Source: an uncultured Phycisphaeraceae bacterium (GTDB taxonomy: Bacteria > Planctomycetota > Phycisphaerae > Phycisphaerales > UBA1924). Taken from it: 64,000 bases of DNA. Shown one piece after another: positions 20,030-29,008 of the stretch (the first letter of the stretch is position 1; each line of letters opens with the position of its first letter). The stretch lies in assembly GCA_964638515.1 (NCBI GenBank), contig CAZWZL010000005.1, forward strand, positions 8,809-72,808, given 5' to 3'. The notes below the pieces were generated by a model. The model was not told the origin of the DNA and ran no database searches. It saw only the letters and a list, made by a program, of their open reading frames with translations. The position numbers and the translations under genes are program-made.

Positions 20030-21046
20030 TCATCCGCGCGCGATCGAGGGGCTTCGCGGGCCGTTCCCGGGCGCCGAGCCCATCAGATGCAGCATCAGCC
20101 CGGCCTGGGCGTGCATGCGATTCTCCGCCTGGTCGTACACGAGGGAGGCGCTCGAATCGATCACCTCGTCGGTGACTTCCTGCCCTCGGTGCGCCGGAAG
20201 GCAATGCATGAACGCCGCATCGGCGCCCGCCCGGGCCATCAGCGCGGCGTTGACCTGATACGGCATGAACGCGGCGTCACGCTGCGCGCTCGTTGACGAG
20301 CCCATGCTGGTCCAGGCGTCGGTGTACACGGAGTGTGCGCCCGCGACGGCAGCGGGATCGCTGGTCAGCTCCACTCCTCCTTGACCGGTGGCCGCCTCCA
20401 TCGCGGCTTCGGTGGCGGCGTGCCCGGGTTGACAGGCCTCGGGCGTGATGACAACGATCTTCACGCCGAGCGTGGCGCCCAGCAGCATGAGCGATGCGCA
20501 CACGTTATTGCCGTCGCCCAAGAACGCCAGGCGCAGCCCATCGAGCTTGCCGAAGCGCTCCTTGAGCGTGAGCAGATCCGCAAGAGCCTGGCAGGGGTGG
20601 GACGTGTCCGAGAGCGCGTTGATCACGGGGATGGACGCTTCCCTGGCCAGAGCCTCCACCGTGGCGTGCGCGTCGGTGCGGGCCACGATGCAGTGGGCCC
20701 AACGCTCCAGATTCTTGCCGTAGTCGCGGATGCTCTCGCGCTGACCGATCTTGGTCTGCTGGTGGTCGAGGTAGATCGCCTGCGCGCCGAGCCGGTACGC
20801 GCCAACCTCGAAACTCACGCGAGTGCGGAGCGATGCCTTCTCGAAGAGCATGATGACGGTCTTGCCGGTCAGGGCGCCGGAATACGGCGCCGGGTTGCTC
20901 TTGAATCGCATTGCCGTGTCGAGCACCTGCTCGAGGTCGGCGCGCGACAGTTCGCCGCCGGTCAGGACGTCGGCGGCGGCGAGAGGGCGCAGGAGCGCGG
21001 CCGATCCGCGGGACGGGAGTTTGAGAGCGTGCGAGGGGTGCGCCAT
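20030..21046 (-). CDS. argF: Ornithine carbamoyltransferase
   Basis: 338 aa. FEKASLRTRVSFE (carbamoyl-phosphate site), SHPCQALADL, DAWTSMG (ornithine site), HCLPAHRGQEV. Confidence 0.9.
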   Translation of the reverse strand: MAHPSHALKLPSRGSAALLRPLAAADVLTGGELSRADLEQVLDTAMRFKSNPAPYSGALTGKTVIMLFEKASLRTRVSFEVGAYRLGAQAIYLDHQQTKIGQRESIRDYGKNLERWAHCIVARTDAHATVEALAREASIPVINALSDTSHPCQALADLLTLKERFGKLDGLRLAFLGDGNNVCASLMLLGATLGVKIVVITPEACQPGHAATEAAMEAATGQGGVELTSDPAAVAGAHSVYTDAWTSMGSSTSAQRDAAFMPYQVNAALMARAGADAAFMHCLPAHRGQEVTDEVIDSSASLVYDQAENRMHAQAGLMLHLMGSAPGNGPRSPSIARG

Positions 21047-21063
21047 GGATCAGGCCTCCGAAA

Positions 21064-21082
21064 GCCGCGCACGGCGCGCGGC
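21064..21082 (-). promoter_or_regulatory. GC hairpin directly upstream of the argF SD, inside the 148-nt argB-argF spacer
   Basis: Minus strand GCCGCGC-GCCGT-GCGCGGC followed by TTTC-GGAGG-CCTGATCC-ATG. The same spacer holds the inverted repeat GATTC-N4-GAATC at 21117-21130. Confidence 0.3.
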
Positions 21083-21194
21083 CGAATCTGACAAGCATGC
21101 CGGTGAAGTTCTGCGGGATTCCAACGAATCGCGCGCGTGCGGCCGACGTCTCAGCGACGTCGTCGCGGCGGCGAGGGGCATCGCGAGCGCCGAA

Positions 21195-22070
21195 TCACGA
21201 TCCCGCTCCGGCGCTGGTCGTTGAGAACGAAAGCGACCCTTCGCCGTCTTCCGGCGGGAGCACGAGCGTGCCGACAGTCTCGCCGTGCGCGAGGCGCACG
21301 AGGCTCTCCGGCTCGTGCCAGGATGCGATCGCGGCCGGCGCCCCCGCCGCCCGAGCCGCGCGGAGCGCGCCACGCACCTTGGGGATCATGCCGTTGGCGA
21401 TCTCGCCGGAGGCGATCCTCGCTTCGATCTCCTCGCCGGTGAGCGTCGGCAGCACGCGCTTGTTGGCGTCGAACACGCCCGGCACGTCCGTGAGGAGGAC
21501 GAGCATGCGCGCCGCGGAGATACCCGCGACCGCGGCCGCGGCGTCGTCGGCGTTGATGTTCAGGGCGCGCCCGTGCGGATCAGCGCCGACCGATGAGAAC
21601 ACGGGCAGGAAGCCGGCCCGCAGCAACGCATCGACAAGCCGCGGAGACCCCCCCACCACCTTGCCCACGCGTCCCGGATCGAACGCGTACTGATCCGCCA
21701 CCTTGCAACGCGCCACGAAGCCGTCGGCGAGCGAAAGCCCGACCGCGGCGCACCCGCGCGAGGACAGTTCTCCAACCACGTGGGTGTTCACGATGCCCGC
21801 CAGCGTGGCGACCACCTCTTCGACATGCTCGGGCGGCGTGATGCGCACGCCGTCGCGCCGCTGAGACTGCAGCCCCGCGGCGGCCATGCGCCGGTCGACC
21901 AGCTTCCCCCCGCCGTGCACGAGAATGACGCCGGCTGACTCGGCGCGATGCAGCGCGGCCAGCGCATCGAACACCGGCGCCGCATCGGGATCGCGATCCA
22001 CGGCGGCGCCGCCGAGCTTTACGACCAGCGGTCGGGGAGATCCAAATTGCACGTCGGGGGTCGTCCGCAT
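21195..22070 (-). CDS. argB: Acetylglutamate kinase
   Basis: Real part of track ORF 21195..22163, from ATG 22070: MRTTPDVQFGSPRPLVVKLGGAAV..VHGGG..NINADDAAAAVA..GMIPKV. 291 aa. Confidence 0.9.
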   Translation of the reverse strand: MRTTPDVQFGSPRPLVVKLGGAAVDRDPDAAPVFDALAALHRAESAGVILVHGGGKLVDRRMAAAGLQSQRRDGVRITPPEHVEEVVATLAGIVNTHVVGELSSRGCAAVGLSLADGFVARCKVADQYAFDPGRVGKVVGGSPRLVDALLRAGFLPVFSSVGADPHGRALNINADDAAAAVAGISAARMLVLLTDVPGVFDANKRVLPTLTGEEIEARIASGEIANGMIPKVRGALRAARAAGAPAAIASWHEPESLVRLAHGETVGTLVLPPEDGEGSLSFSTTSAGAGS

Positions 22071-22114
22071 CTGTGTCTCTACGAAAGGCGAGTCTTCCAG
22101 CGAGTGGAAAGCGA

Positions 22115-23164
22115 TCACGATAGCGATGCTCCTTCGGGAAATCCGAACCGCACGTTCATGCACTGCACGGCCTGCCCGGCCGCGCCCTTCACCAGATTGT
22201 CAATCGCGCTCACCAGGATCAGGTGGCCGTCCTCGTCGGCGGCGAGCCCGATGTCGCAGCGGTTGGTCTGCCGGACGGCGCCGACGCTCGGCCAGCGTCC
22301 CTGGGGCAGCACGTTCACAAACGGCTCGTTCTGATAGGCCTCTTCCAGCAGGCGACGCACGGAGGCGCCGTCCCACGAGCCGATCAGCTCGACGTGGATG
22401 GTGGAGAGGATGCCGCGATCGAACGCTCCGAGGTGCGGCGTGAAATAGACCGGCCCGCTCACCTGCTCGCTGATCTCGGGCTGATGACGGTGCGAGAGCA
22501 CCTTGTAAGGCTGCAGGGACACTTCGCAGAAGTGCACGGTCTGAGAGGGCGTGCGCCCGGCGCCCGAGACTCCCGAGGTCGAATCGATGATCGGGCGACG
22601 CTCCCAGTCGATCGCGCCGGCCTGCGCGAGCGGGCGCAGCGGCAGGATGACCGAGGTGGGGTAGCAGCCTGCGCACGCGATGAGCGAGGCGCTCTTCAGC
22701 ACGGAGCGGTGGATCTCGGGGATTCCGTACACCGCGCGCTCAAGGAGGTCGGGCGAAGCGTGCTCGTGCCCGTAGGCCTTCGCGTACCGCGCGGCGTCGC
22801 GGAAGCGGAACGCCGCGGAGATGTCGATCACGACGACGCCCGCCTCGAGCAGATCTCGGGCGATCTGCTCGGACGCTTCGTGAGGCGTGGCGAGAAACGC
22901 GACGTCGGGCTTGAGCGCCAGCGCACCGGCGAGCTCGTAGGGGCCGACGCGGAGATCGGTGGCACCGTGCAATCGCGGGTGCAGCTCGTCGAGGCGCGCC
23001 GGCGGCTCGTCGGCCACGCCCGCGCGCCGGAGCGAGCCGAACAGCCCCACCAACTCGACGCCGGGATGACGCAGCAACAGCATGGCCGCTTCAGCGCCGC
23101 TGTAGCCGCTTGCGCCAACGACGATCGCCCGGACCGCCGACAGACTCGCTTGGGTGTGGCTCAC
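22115..23164 (-). CDS. argC: N-acetyl-gamma-glutamyl-phosphate reductase
   Basis: 349 aa. VVGASGYSGAE, catalytic [26 protein letters not shown]. The GTG start overlaps the argR stop (GTGA). Confidence 0.95.
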   Translation of the reverse strand: MSHTQASLSAVRAIVVGASGYSGAEAAMLLLRHPGVELVGLFGSLRRAGVADEPPARLDELHPRLHGATDLRVGPYELAGALALKPDVAFLATPHEASEQIARDLLEAGVVVIDISAAFRFRDAARYAKAYGHEHASPDLLERAVYGIPEIHRSVLKSASLIACAGCYPTSVILPLRPLAQAGAIDWERRPIIDSTSGVSGAGRTPSQTVHFCEVSLQPYKVLSHRHQPEISEQVSGPVYFTPHLGAFDRGILSTIHVELIGSWDGASVRRLLEEAYQNEPFVNVLPQGRWPSVGAVRQTNRCDIGLAADEDGHLILVSAIDNLVKGAAGQAVQCMNVRFGFPEGASLS

Positions 23165-23619
23165 GCCAGCCCGGCCCCTTCGAGGAGCGTGCGGGAGAGC
23201 CGTCGAGCCTCACGCTCGGCGCGGGTGGCGATGAAGATCGTGTCGTCCCCGGCGATGGTGCCCAACGCCTCATCCAGCCCGGCGGCATCCATGGCCACCG
23301 CCAGCGACTGGGCGTGCCCCGTGCCGGTCCTGACCACCACGAGTTGTCCCGCCGCTTCTGCGCTCACGAGAAACTCCTGCAAGGCTCGCTCCAGCCCACG
23401 CTGGGCCGCTTCGCCGCTGTCGAACCCGATCTCGCCGGGCAGGGCGTAGCCCTCCGGCGTCTTGATCACGCCCAGCTCGCGCAGGTCCCGGGAGAGGGTG
23501 CCTTGCGTGACCTGGAACCCGTCCCGCTCGAGCAACGACCGCAGGGACTCCTGATTGGGGACGCGCGCCCGCCGGAGCGCGTCCAGAATCCGAGCCTGCC
23601 TGCGGGGTTTATCGAACAT
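23161..23619 (-). CDS. argR: Arginine repressor ArgR
   Basis: Real part of track ORF 23161..23700, from ATG 23619: MFDKPRRQARILDALRRARVPNQESLRSLLERDGFQVTQGTLSRDLRELG (winged helix)...GTIAGDDTIFI (Arg-binding/oligomerisation core). 152 aa. Confidence 0.9.
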   Translation of the reverse strand: MFDKPRRQARILDALRRARVPNQESLRSLLERDGFQVTQGTLSRDLRELGVIKTPEGYALPGEIGFDSGEAAQRGLERALQEFLVSAEAAGQLVVVRTGTGHAQSLAVAMDAAGLDEALGTIAGDDTIFIATRAEREARRLSRTLLEGAGLA

Positions 23620-23625
23620 CGCATA

Positions 23626-23654
23626 ATCATTACTTGAGCGCATATAAATGTCAA
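23626..23654 (-). promoter_or_regulatory. Candidate arg-operon promoter with possible operator (ARG-box-like) repeats
   Basis: The only AT-rich island in this stretch. Minus strand TTGACA-17 nt-AATGAT ends 6 nt before the argR ATG, implying a near-leaderless transcript. TATGCG occurs twice, 19 nt apart, across the -10 region. Confidence 0.3.
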
Positions 23655-23696
23655 TCCGGCGGGCCTCTCCGGAACCGGTTTCCCCGCCCATTTCTC

Positions 23697-25700
23697 TCAA
23701 TCTCCCAGCAGACCCCGAGCCACCGCCGCCGAGACGGCCGCCTCGCCGGGCTCGGGCGTGGCCCCGCTCAGCTGACGGTTAAGCAGGCTGGCGTACCGCC
23801 CGCCCGCCCGGAGCAGCTCGTCGTGCGAGCCGGCCTCGACGATGCGGCCCGCTTCGAGCACCACGATCCGGTCCGCGTGGCGGACGGTCGATAGGCGGTG
23901 CGCGATCACGAAGCACGTCCGCCCGCGCATCAGCGTCGCGAGGCTCTCCTGGATCAACGCCTCGCTTTCCGCGTCGAGATTGCTCGTGGCTTCGTCCAGG
24001 ATGAGAATCCGCGGGTCGGCCAGGATCGCGCGGGCGATCGCGATGCGTTGCTTCTGGCCGCCCGAGAGGCGCACGCCCCTCTCCCCCACCAGCGTGGCAT
24101 ACCGCTTGGGGAGGGCGTCGATGAACTCGCCCGCGTTGGCGGCGAAGGCCGCGTCGCGCACTTCCGCGTCCGTCGCTCCCGGGCGCGCATATCGGATGTT
24201 GTCGGCCACCGTCCCATCGAAGAGGAACACGTCTTGCTCGACGACGCCGAGAAACGCACGGTACGAGCGCGTGTCGACGGTGGTGAGGTCGATCCCGTCG
24301 AGACGGACCGCGCCCCGCGTCGGGTCATAGAACCGCGCGATGAGATTGCACAGCGTCGTCTTGCCGGCGCCGCTCGGCCCAACCAGCGCGATCACCTCGC
24401 CCGCCGATACGTCCAGATCGATGTCCTGCAGCACGAGCTGGCCCGGCTCGCCCTTCGCGTTCTTTGGGTATGCGAACGAGAGCCGTTCGAGCGTGATTCG
24501 ACCGCTGATGTCATGCGCGTCCAGCGCGATGAGCCGCGACCCATCCGGCCGCTCGAATTCACGGGGCTCGTCGAAGAGGTCAAGCACGCGATCGAAGCCG
24601 GCCAGGTTGGTCTGGACGCTCGTTGCCGTGGAGGCGAGCGTTTCCAGAGGGCCGAGCAGCATGAGCAGGTAGGCTGTGAACATCATCACATCGCCGATCG
24701 TGAGCGAGCCGTCGAGCACGCGCAGCCCGCCGTAGACGAGCACGCCCACCGAGGCGAACGGGATCAGGGCCTGCCACGCGATGTCGATGGCTCGCGACCA
24801 CCACCACGCGAGAATCTCCTGGCGCGCCATCAGATGATTGGTCCGGACAAACGACCCGGCCTCGCCCGCCTCGCGCCCGAACGCGCGGACCACGCGCATC
24901 CCGCCGAACACCTCCGTGGTGTGTGCGTCGAGCCCCTGGCGGGTGCCGCGGATGTCCTTGTAGACCGGCCGGATGCGCGCGATCCAGGTTCGATGCGTCA
25001 CCCAGATGGCCGGCAGCAGCAGCAGCGCGCCCGCCAGCAGCAGCCAGTCCACGATCGCCAGCGCGATCATCGTTCCGGTGAGCTGCACGACCGCGCGCCA
25101 CGGGTTGTACACGAGCGAGAACAGCAGTTCTCCCGTGCCTCCGGCGTCCTCGCGCAGCAGGCTTGCGGCGCCACCGCTCTTGAGGGAGTACACGCGATGC
25201 AGCGGCAAACGCACGGCGTGCTCGAACGCCTTGCGCCGCAACGATACCTGCACTCGCTTGGTGAGTCGCGTGGTCTGCCATCGGCCCCACATGCCCACGA
25301 CGATGGACACGCTGGAGAGCGCGACGAGCGCGCCGCCGATCCACCAGAGGAGCGTCTGGCGGCTCGCGTCGCGCGGGACCCACGCCGGGAGCCCGGCAGG
25401 CCCGGGATGGTCGGTCAGCACGTAGTCGATCACCACCTTCGTCGACGCGGGCATCGCCAGCGCGATGATTGTCGCCACCGAGAGCGTCCCCAGTGAAGCG
25501 ATCATCGTTGGTCTATGCTCGCCCAGCAGACGCCAAAACGCGCGGAACAGCGTGAAGAACGATCGCGTTCGTCTCGTCTTCTGATCCTTCTCCTCCGTGG
25601 AAAACCCGTCGAGCACGTTGGCGCCGGCGCGGATGCGGTCTCGGCGCGCCGTGAGATAGTCACGGAATCGTCGGCGGCTGCTGGTCGGAACGGAAGCCAT
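23697..25700 (-). CDS. ABC exporter, fused permease plus ATPase (MsbA/MdlB-like)
   Basis: Six-TM domain followed by GPSGAGKTT (Walker A), LSGGQKQRIAIARA (signature) and ILILDEATS (Walker B). I prefer ATG 25700 (MASVPTSS). The 17 codons upstream, from 25751, use rare GTA/CGA/AGA codons. Confidence 0.9.
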   Translation of the reverse strand: MASVPTSSRRRFRDYLTARRDRIRAGANVLDGFSTEEKDQKTRRTRSFFTLFRAFWRLLGEHRPTMIASLGTLSVATIIALAMPASTKVVIDYVLTDHPGPAGLPAWVPRDASRQTLLWWIGGALVALSSVSIVVGMWGRWQTTRLTKRVQVSLRRKAFEHAVRLPLHRVYSLKSGGAASLLREDAGGTGELLFSLVYNPWRAVVQLTGTMIALAIVDWLLLAGALLLLPAIWVTHRTWIARIRPVYKDIRGTRQGLDAHTTEVFGGMRVVRAFGREAGEAGSFVRTNHLMARQEILAWWWSRAIDIAWQALIPFASVGVLVYGGLRVLDGSLTIGDVMMFTAYLLMLLGPLETLASTATSVQTNLAGFDRVLDLFDEPREFERPDGSRLIALDAHDISGRITLERLSFAYPKNAKGEPGQLVLQDIDLDVSAGEVIALVGPSGAGKTTLCNLIARFYDPTRGAVRLDGIDLTTVDTRSYRAFLGVVEQDVFLFDGTVADNIRYARPGATDAEVRDAAFAANAGEFIDALPKRYATLVGERGVRLSGGQKQRIAIARAILADPRILILDEATSNLDAESEALIQESLATLMRGRTCFVIAHRLSTVRHADRIVVLEAGRIVEAGSHDELLRAGGRYASLLNRQLSGATPEPGEAAVSAAVARGLLGD

Positions 25701-25762
25701 GGCGTGGATCGTAGGGCTCCCGCGCACGGGCCCGCCCGCTCTTCGTACCATCGATCCCAGCC

Positions 25763-27076
25763 GTGAGTTTCAAGCGACCTGGCGAGCATGTGGACGTGGC
25801 CGTGATCGGCGCCGGCGCCGCGGGCCTCATGTGCGCCATCACCGCGGGGCGCGAGGCGCGCCGGCTGGGCGTAACCGATGCGCGCATCGTCGCGATGGAC
25901 GGGGCGCGCACGCTCGGCGCGAAGATCCTCGTTGCGGGCGGCGGACGATGCAACGTGACGCATCATGCGGTGGACGAGTCGGCGTATGCCGGTTCGACGG
26001 GCCCGGCCATTCGCAAGGTGCTGCGCCGGTTCGGCGTCCCGCAGGCCGTGCAGTTCTTCCATGAACTCGGCGTCGAACTCAAGCGCGAAGACACCGGAAA
26101 GCTGTTCCCGGTTTCCGACTCGGCGCGTGATGTGCTGAACGCCTTGCTTCTGGCTGCGCACGACGCCGGCGCGCGCATCGAGCACCCTTGGCGTGTCGAT
26201 TCGGTGGAGCCCGACGGGGATGGCTTTCTTCTGACGCACGAGAGCGAGGAGGCCGAGCCTCGACGGCTCCGGGCGCGCCGCGTCGTGCTGGCCACCGGCG
26301 GTCTGTCGCTGCCGAAATCCGGTTCCGATGGCCGAGGGCTTGAGATCGCTCGCGCTCTGGGCCTAAAGACCACCCCCCGCCTGTTCCCCGCACTCGTGCC
26401 GCTGACGCTCCCGCGCGACCACTTCCTGTGTCAGCTGTCGGGCGTGACCGTTCCCGCGACGATCTCCGTTCGCGCGGGCGCCGGCAAGCGGCTGGTCTCC
26501 TTCACCAACTCGACCCTCCTGACCCACTTCGGTCTATCCGGCCCCAGCGTGCTGGACGCCTCGCGGTATTACCTGGTGGCGCGCGCACACGACCCGGAAG
26601 CATCGCTCGAAATATCTTTCTTCCCCGAAGAGACGACCGAGAGCCTGGACGCCCGATTGACCGCCCTCGGGGGCTCCGGGCCCCTCGCCCTGCTGCGTGA
26701 ACGGCTCCCAGAGCGTCTGGCGCGAGCCCTGTGCCTGCACGCCGGCGTCGACCCGGTTGAACCCGGGGGCTCGATCCGGCGCGACGGGCGTCGCTCGCTC
26801 GCTTCGGCGTGCACGGCGCTCCGCGTTCCGATCACCGGAGACCGGGGCTACACGTACGCCGAAGTCACGGCGGGCGGGGTGCCGCTGTCGGAGGTGCGGC
26901 TCGAGTCGATGGAATCTCGATTGCGCCCCGGGCTTCACCTGATCGGGGAGATCTGCGACGTGGACGGACGGATCGGGGGGTTCAACTTCCAATGGGCGTG
27001 GGCGTCCGGATTTGTGGCGGGCGCGGCGCTCGGTCGGGCGGTGGCGGACGATCGCGCGACGTCGATCGGTTGCTGA
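25763..27076 (+). CDS. NAD(P)/FAD-dependent oxidoreductase, HI0933/BaiN-like flavoprotein
   Basis: DVAVIGAGAAGLMCA (dinucleotide fold), KILVAGGGRCNVTH, C-terminal GEICDVDGRIGGFNFQWAWASG. An alternative GTG start lies at 25790. Confidence 0.85.
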   Translation: MSFKRPGEHVDVAVIGAGAAGLMCAITAGREARRLGVTDARIVAMDGARTLGAKILVAGGGRCNVTHHAVDESAYAGSTGPAIRKVLRRFGVPQAVQFFHELGVELKREDTGKLFPVSDSARDVLNALLLAAHDAGARIEHPWRVDSVEPDGDGFLLTHESEEAEPRRLRARRVVLATGGLSLPKSGSDGRGLEIARALGLKTTPRLFPALVPLTLPRDHFLCQLSGVTVPATISVRAGAGKRLVSFTNSTLLTHFGLSGPSVLDASRYYLVARAHDPEASLEISFFPEETTESLDARLTALGGSGPLALLRERLPERLARALCLHAGVDPVEPGGSIRRDGRRSLASACTALRVPITGDRGYTYAEVTAGGVPLSEVRLESMESRLRPGLHLIGEICDVDGRIGGFNFQWAWASGFVAGAALGRAVADDRATSIGC

Positions 27077-27163
27077 GCGCCGAAAACCCGCCATGATGGC
27101 GGACATCGGCGGGCGCGACACGCCCCCGACGCACAGCGAGCCCTCTCGGAGCCAACGGAACGT

Positions 27164-29008
27164 ATGCCGGAATCCACGCTCATCGCGTTTGCCGCGGTTC
27201 TGGTGTTCGGCGTCGGCGCCCAGTGGCTCTCATGGCGCATTCGTGTGCCATCGATTCTCACGCTGCTGATCGCGGGCTTTCTCGCGGGGCGGGCCGGGCT
27301 GGTGGACCCGGACGCGCTGCTTGGAGATCTGCTCATCCCGATTGTGTCGCTCTCGGTCGCCCTGATTCTCTATGAGGGTGGGCTGACGTTGCGGTTTTCG
27401 GAGCTCACGCGCGGCGCCGCGGCGGTGCGGAATCTGGTCACGATCGGCGCGGGGGTGACGTGGATTCTCGCGGCGATTGCCGCGAAGTTGACGCTGCCGT
27501 TTGGCTGGGAGTTGTCGCTGCTGTTCGGCGCGGTGCTGGTGGTCACGGGGCCCACGGTGATCATCCCGCTGCTGCAGTTCATTCGACCGACGGGAGCGGT
27601 GGGGCCGGTGCTCAAGTGGGAGGGCATCGTGATCGACCCGATCGGCGCGATGCTGGCGGTGCTGGTGTTCGAGGGCGTCACGGCGGGCGTGACGGGGGCG
27701 GGCGGGGCGGTGAGCATTCTGGTCGTCGCGGTGAAGACGATCGCCGTTGGCACGATCGTCGGGTTCCTGGCCGGGCGGTTGCTGGCCTTCGTGCTCTCAC
27801 GCTTTCTTGTTCCGGAGCAGCTCGAGAATCCGCTCTCGCTGATGATCGTCACCGCCGCATTTGCGATCTCCAACGAGATGCAGCACGAGTCGGGGCTCTT
27901 TGCCGCGACGGTGATGGGACTGACGCTTGCCAACCAGAAGCGGGCCGAGATCCGCCACATCGTGGATTTCAAGGAGAATCTGCGCGTTCTCCTGATCGCG
28001 GCTTTGTTCATCCTGCTGGCCGCCAGATTGAGTTGGAGCGACGTACAGTCGCTGCTCAAGCCGGGCGTTTTCGCGTTCCTGACGATCCTGGTGATCGTGG
28101 TGCGGCCCGCGTGCGTGCTGCTGTCCACGATGCGTTCGGCGCTTTCGTGGCGAGAGCGTGTGTTTCTCATGGCCATGGCGCCCAGAGGCATCGTGGCCGC
28201 GTCCATCGCGGCCGTGTTCGGCATTCGGCTGGAGGAAGTGGGCATCGAGAACGCGGCTCTGCTCACGCCGTTCACGTTCGCGGTCATCATCGGCTCGGTT
28301 GCCCTGTACGGGCTCACCTCCCGCCCGATCGCGAAACGACTGGGGCTCGCCGAGCCGAATCCTCAGGGCGTCATCATCGTCGGAGCGCATCGCTGGGCGC
28401 GGGACATCGCGGCCGCGCTGCGGCAGGCGGGCATCCGTACGTTGCTCGTGGACAACAACCGGGCCAATTCGCGCGCCGCCCGGGCCGCGGAGCTGCCGAT
28501 TCATTCCGCGAACATTCTGGACGAGTCGCTGCTCGACGAGATCGATCTCGGCGGCATGGGCCGGCTGGTGGCGCTGACCGCGAACGATCTCGTCAACGTG
28601 ATGGCGTGCCAGCGATTCATCCGCGTGCTCGGTCGCGAGAACGTCTTTCAGCTCGCGGGCCAGGCAGAGCCCAACGAGGCCAAGGGACACGGCTCGCAGC
28701 CGCACGGGCGAAGGCTCTTCTCGCCGGAATCGTCGTATCGGGAGATCGATCGCGCGCTCCTCGCGGGCGGGGAGGTGCGGTCCATTCCGTCTCCCACCTC
28801 GGAACGCCTGGAAGGTCTTCTTGCGGAGCAGGGCCCGAGGATCACCCCGATGTTCCTCATCAATTCGAAGAAGCGTGTGCGGGTGCTCACCGGGAGCGAA
28901 GAGATCGATCCGCTCGCCACCGACACGTTGATCGCGCTCACGCCCCGCGAGCTTTTGGCGCGCGTTGATTCGCTGCCGGAGCCGGCATCCGACTCGCCCG
29001 TCACGTGA
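27164..29008 (+). CDS. CPA1-type Na+(K+)/H+ antiporter with a C-terminal TrkA-N/RCK-like domain
   Basis: 614 aa. 11-12 TM helices (AQWLSWRIRVPSILTLLIAGFLAG, MAPRGIVAASIA), then VIIVGAHRWARDIAAALRQAGIRTLLVDNN (Rossmann-like). Confidence 0.85.
   Translation: MPESTLIAFAAVLVFGVGAQWLSWRIRVPSILTLLIAGFLAGRAGLVDPDALLGDLLIPIVSLSVALILYEGGLTLRFSELTRGAAAVRNLVTIGAGVTWILAAIAAKLTLPFGWELSLLFGAVLVVTGPTVIIPLLQFIRPTGAVGPVLKWEGIVIDPIGAMLAVLVFEGVTAGVTGAGGAVSILVVAVKTIAVGTIVGFLAGRLLAFVLSRFLVPEQLENPLSLMIVTAAFAISNEMQHESGLFAATVMGLTLANQKRAEIRHIVDFKENLRVLLIAALFILLAARLSWSDVQSLLKPGVFAFLTILVIVVRPACVLLSTMRSALSWRERVFLMAMAPRGIVAASIAAVFGIRLEEVGIENAALLTPFTFAVIIGSVALYGLTSRPIAKRLGLAEPNPQGVIIVGAHRWARDIAAALRQAGIRTLLVDNNRANSRAARAAELPIHSANILDESLLDEIDLGGMGRLVALTANDLVNVMACQRFIRVLGRENVFQLAGQAEPNEAKGHGSQPHGRRLFSPESSYREIDRALLAGGEVRSIPSPTSERLEGLLAEQGPRITPMFLINSKKRVRVLTGSEEIDPLATDTLIALTPRELLARVDSLPEPASDSPVT

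Noticed and set aside
23898-25496. 532-aa plus-strand ORF
   Set aside because: Antisense to the ABC exporter, with mirror-frame composition.
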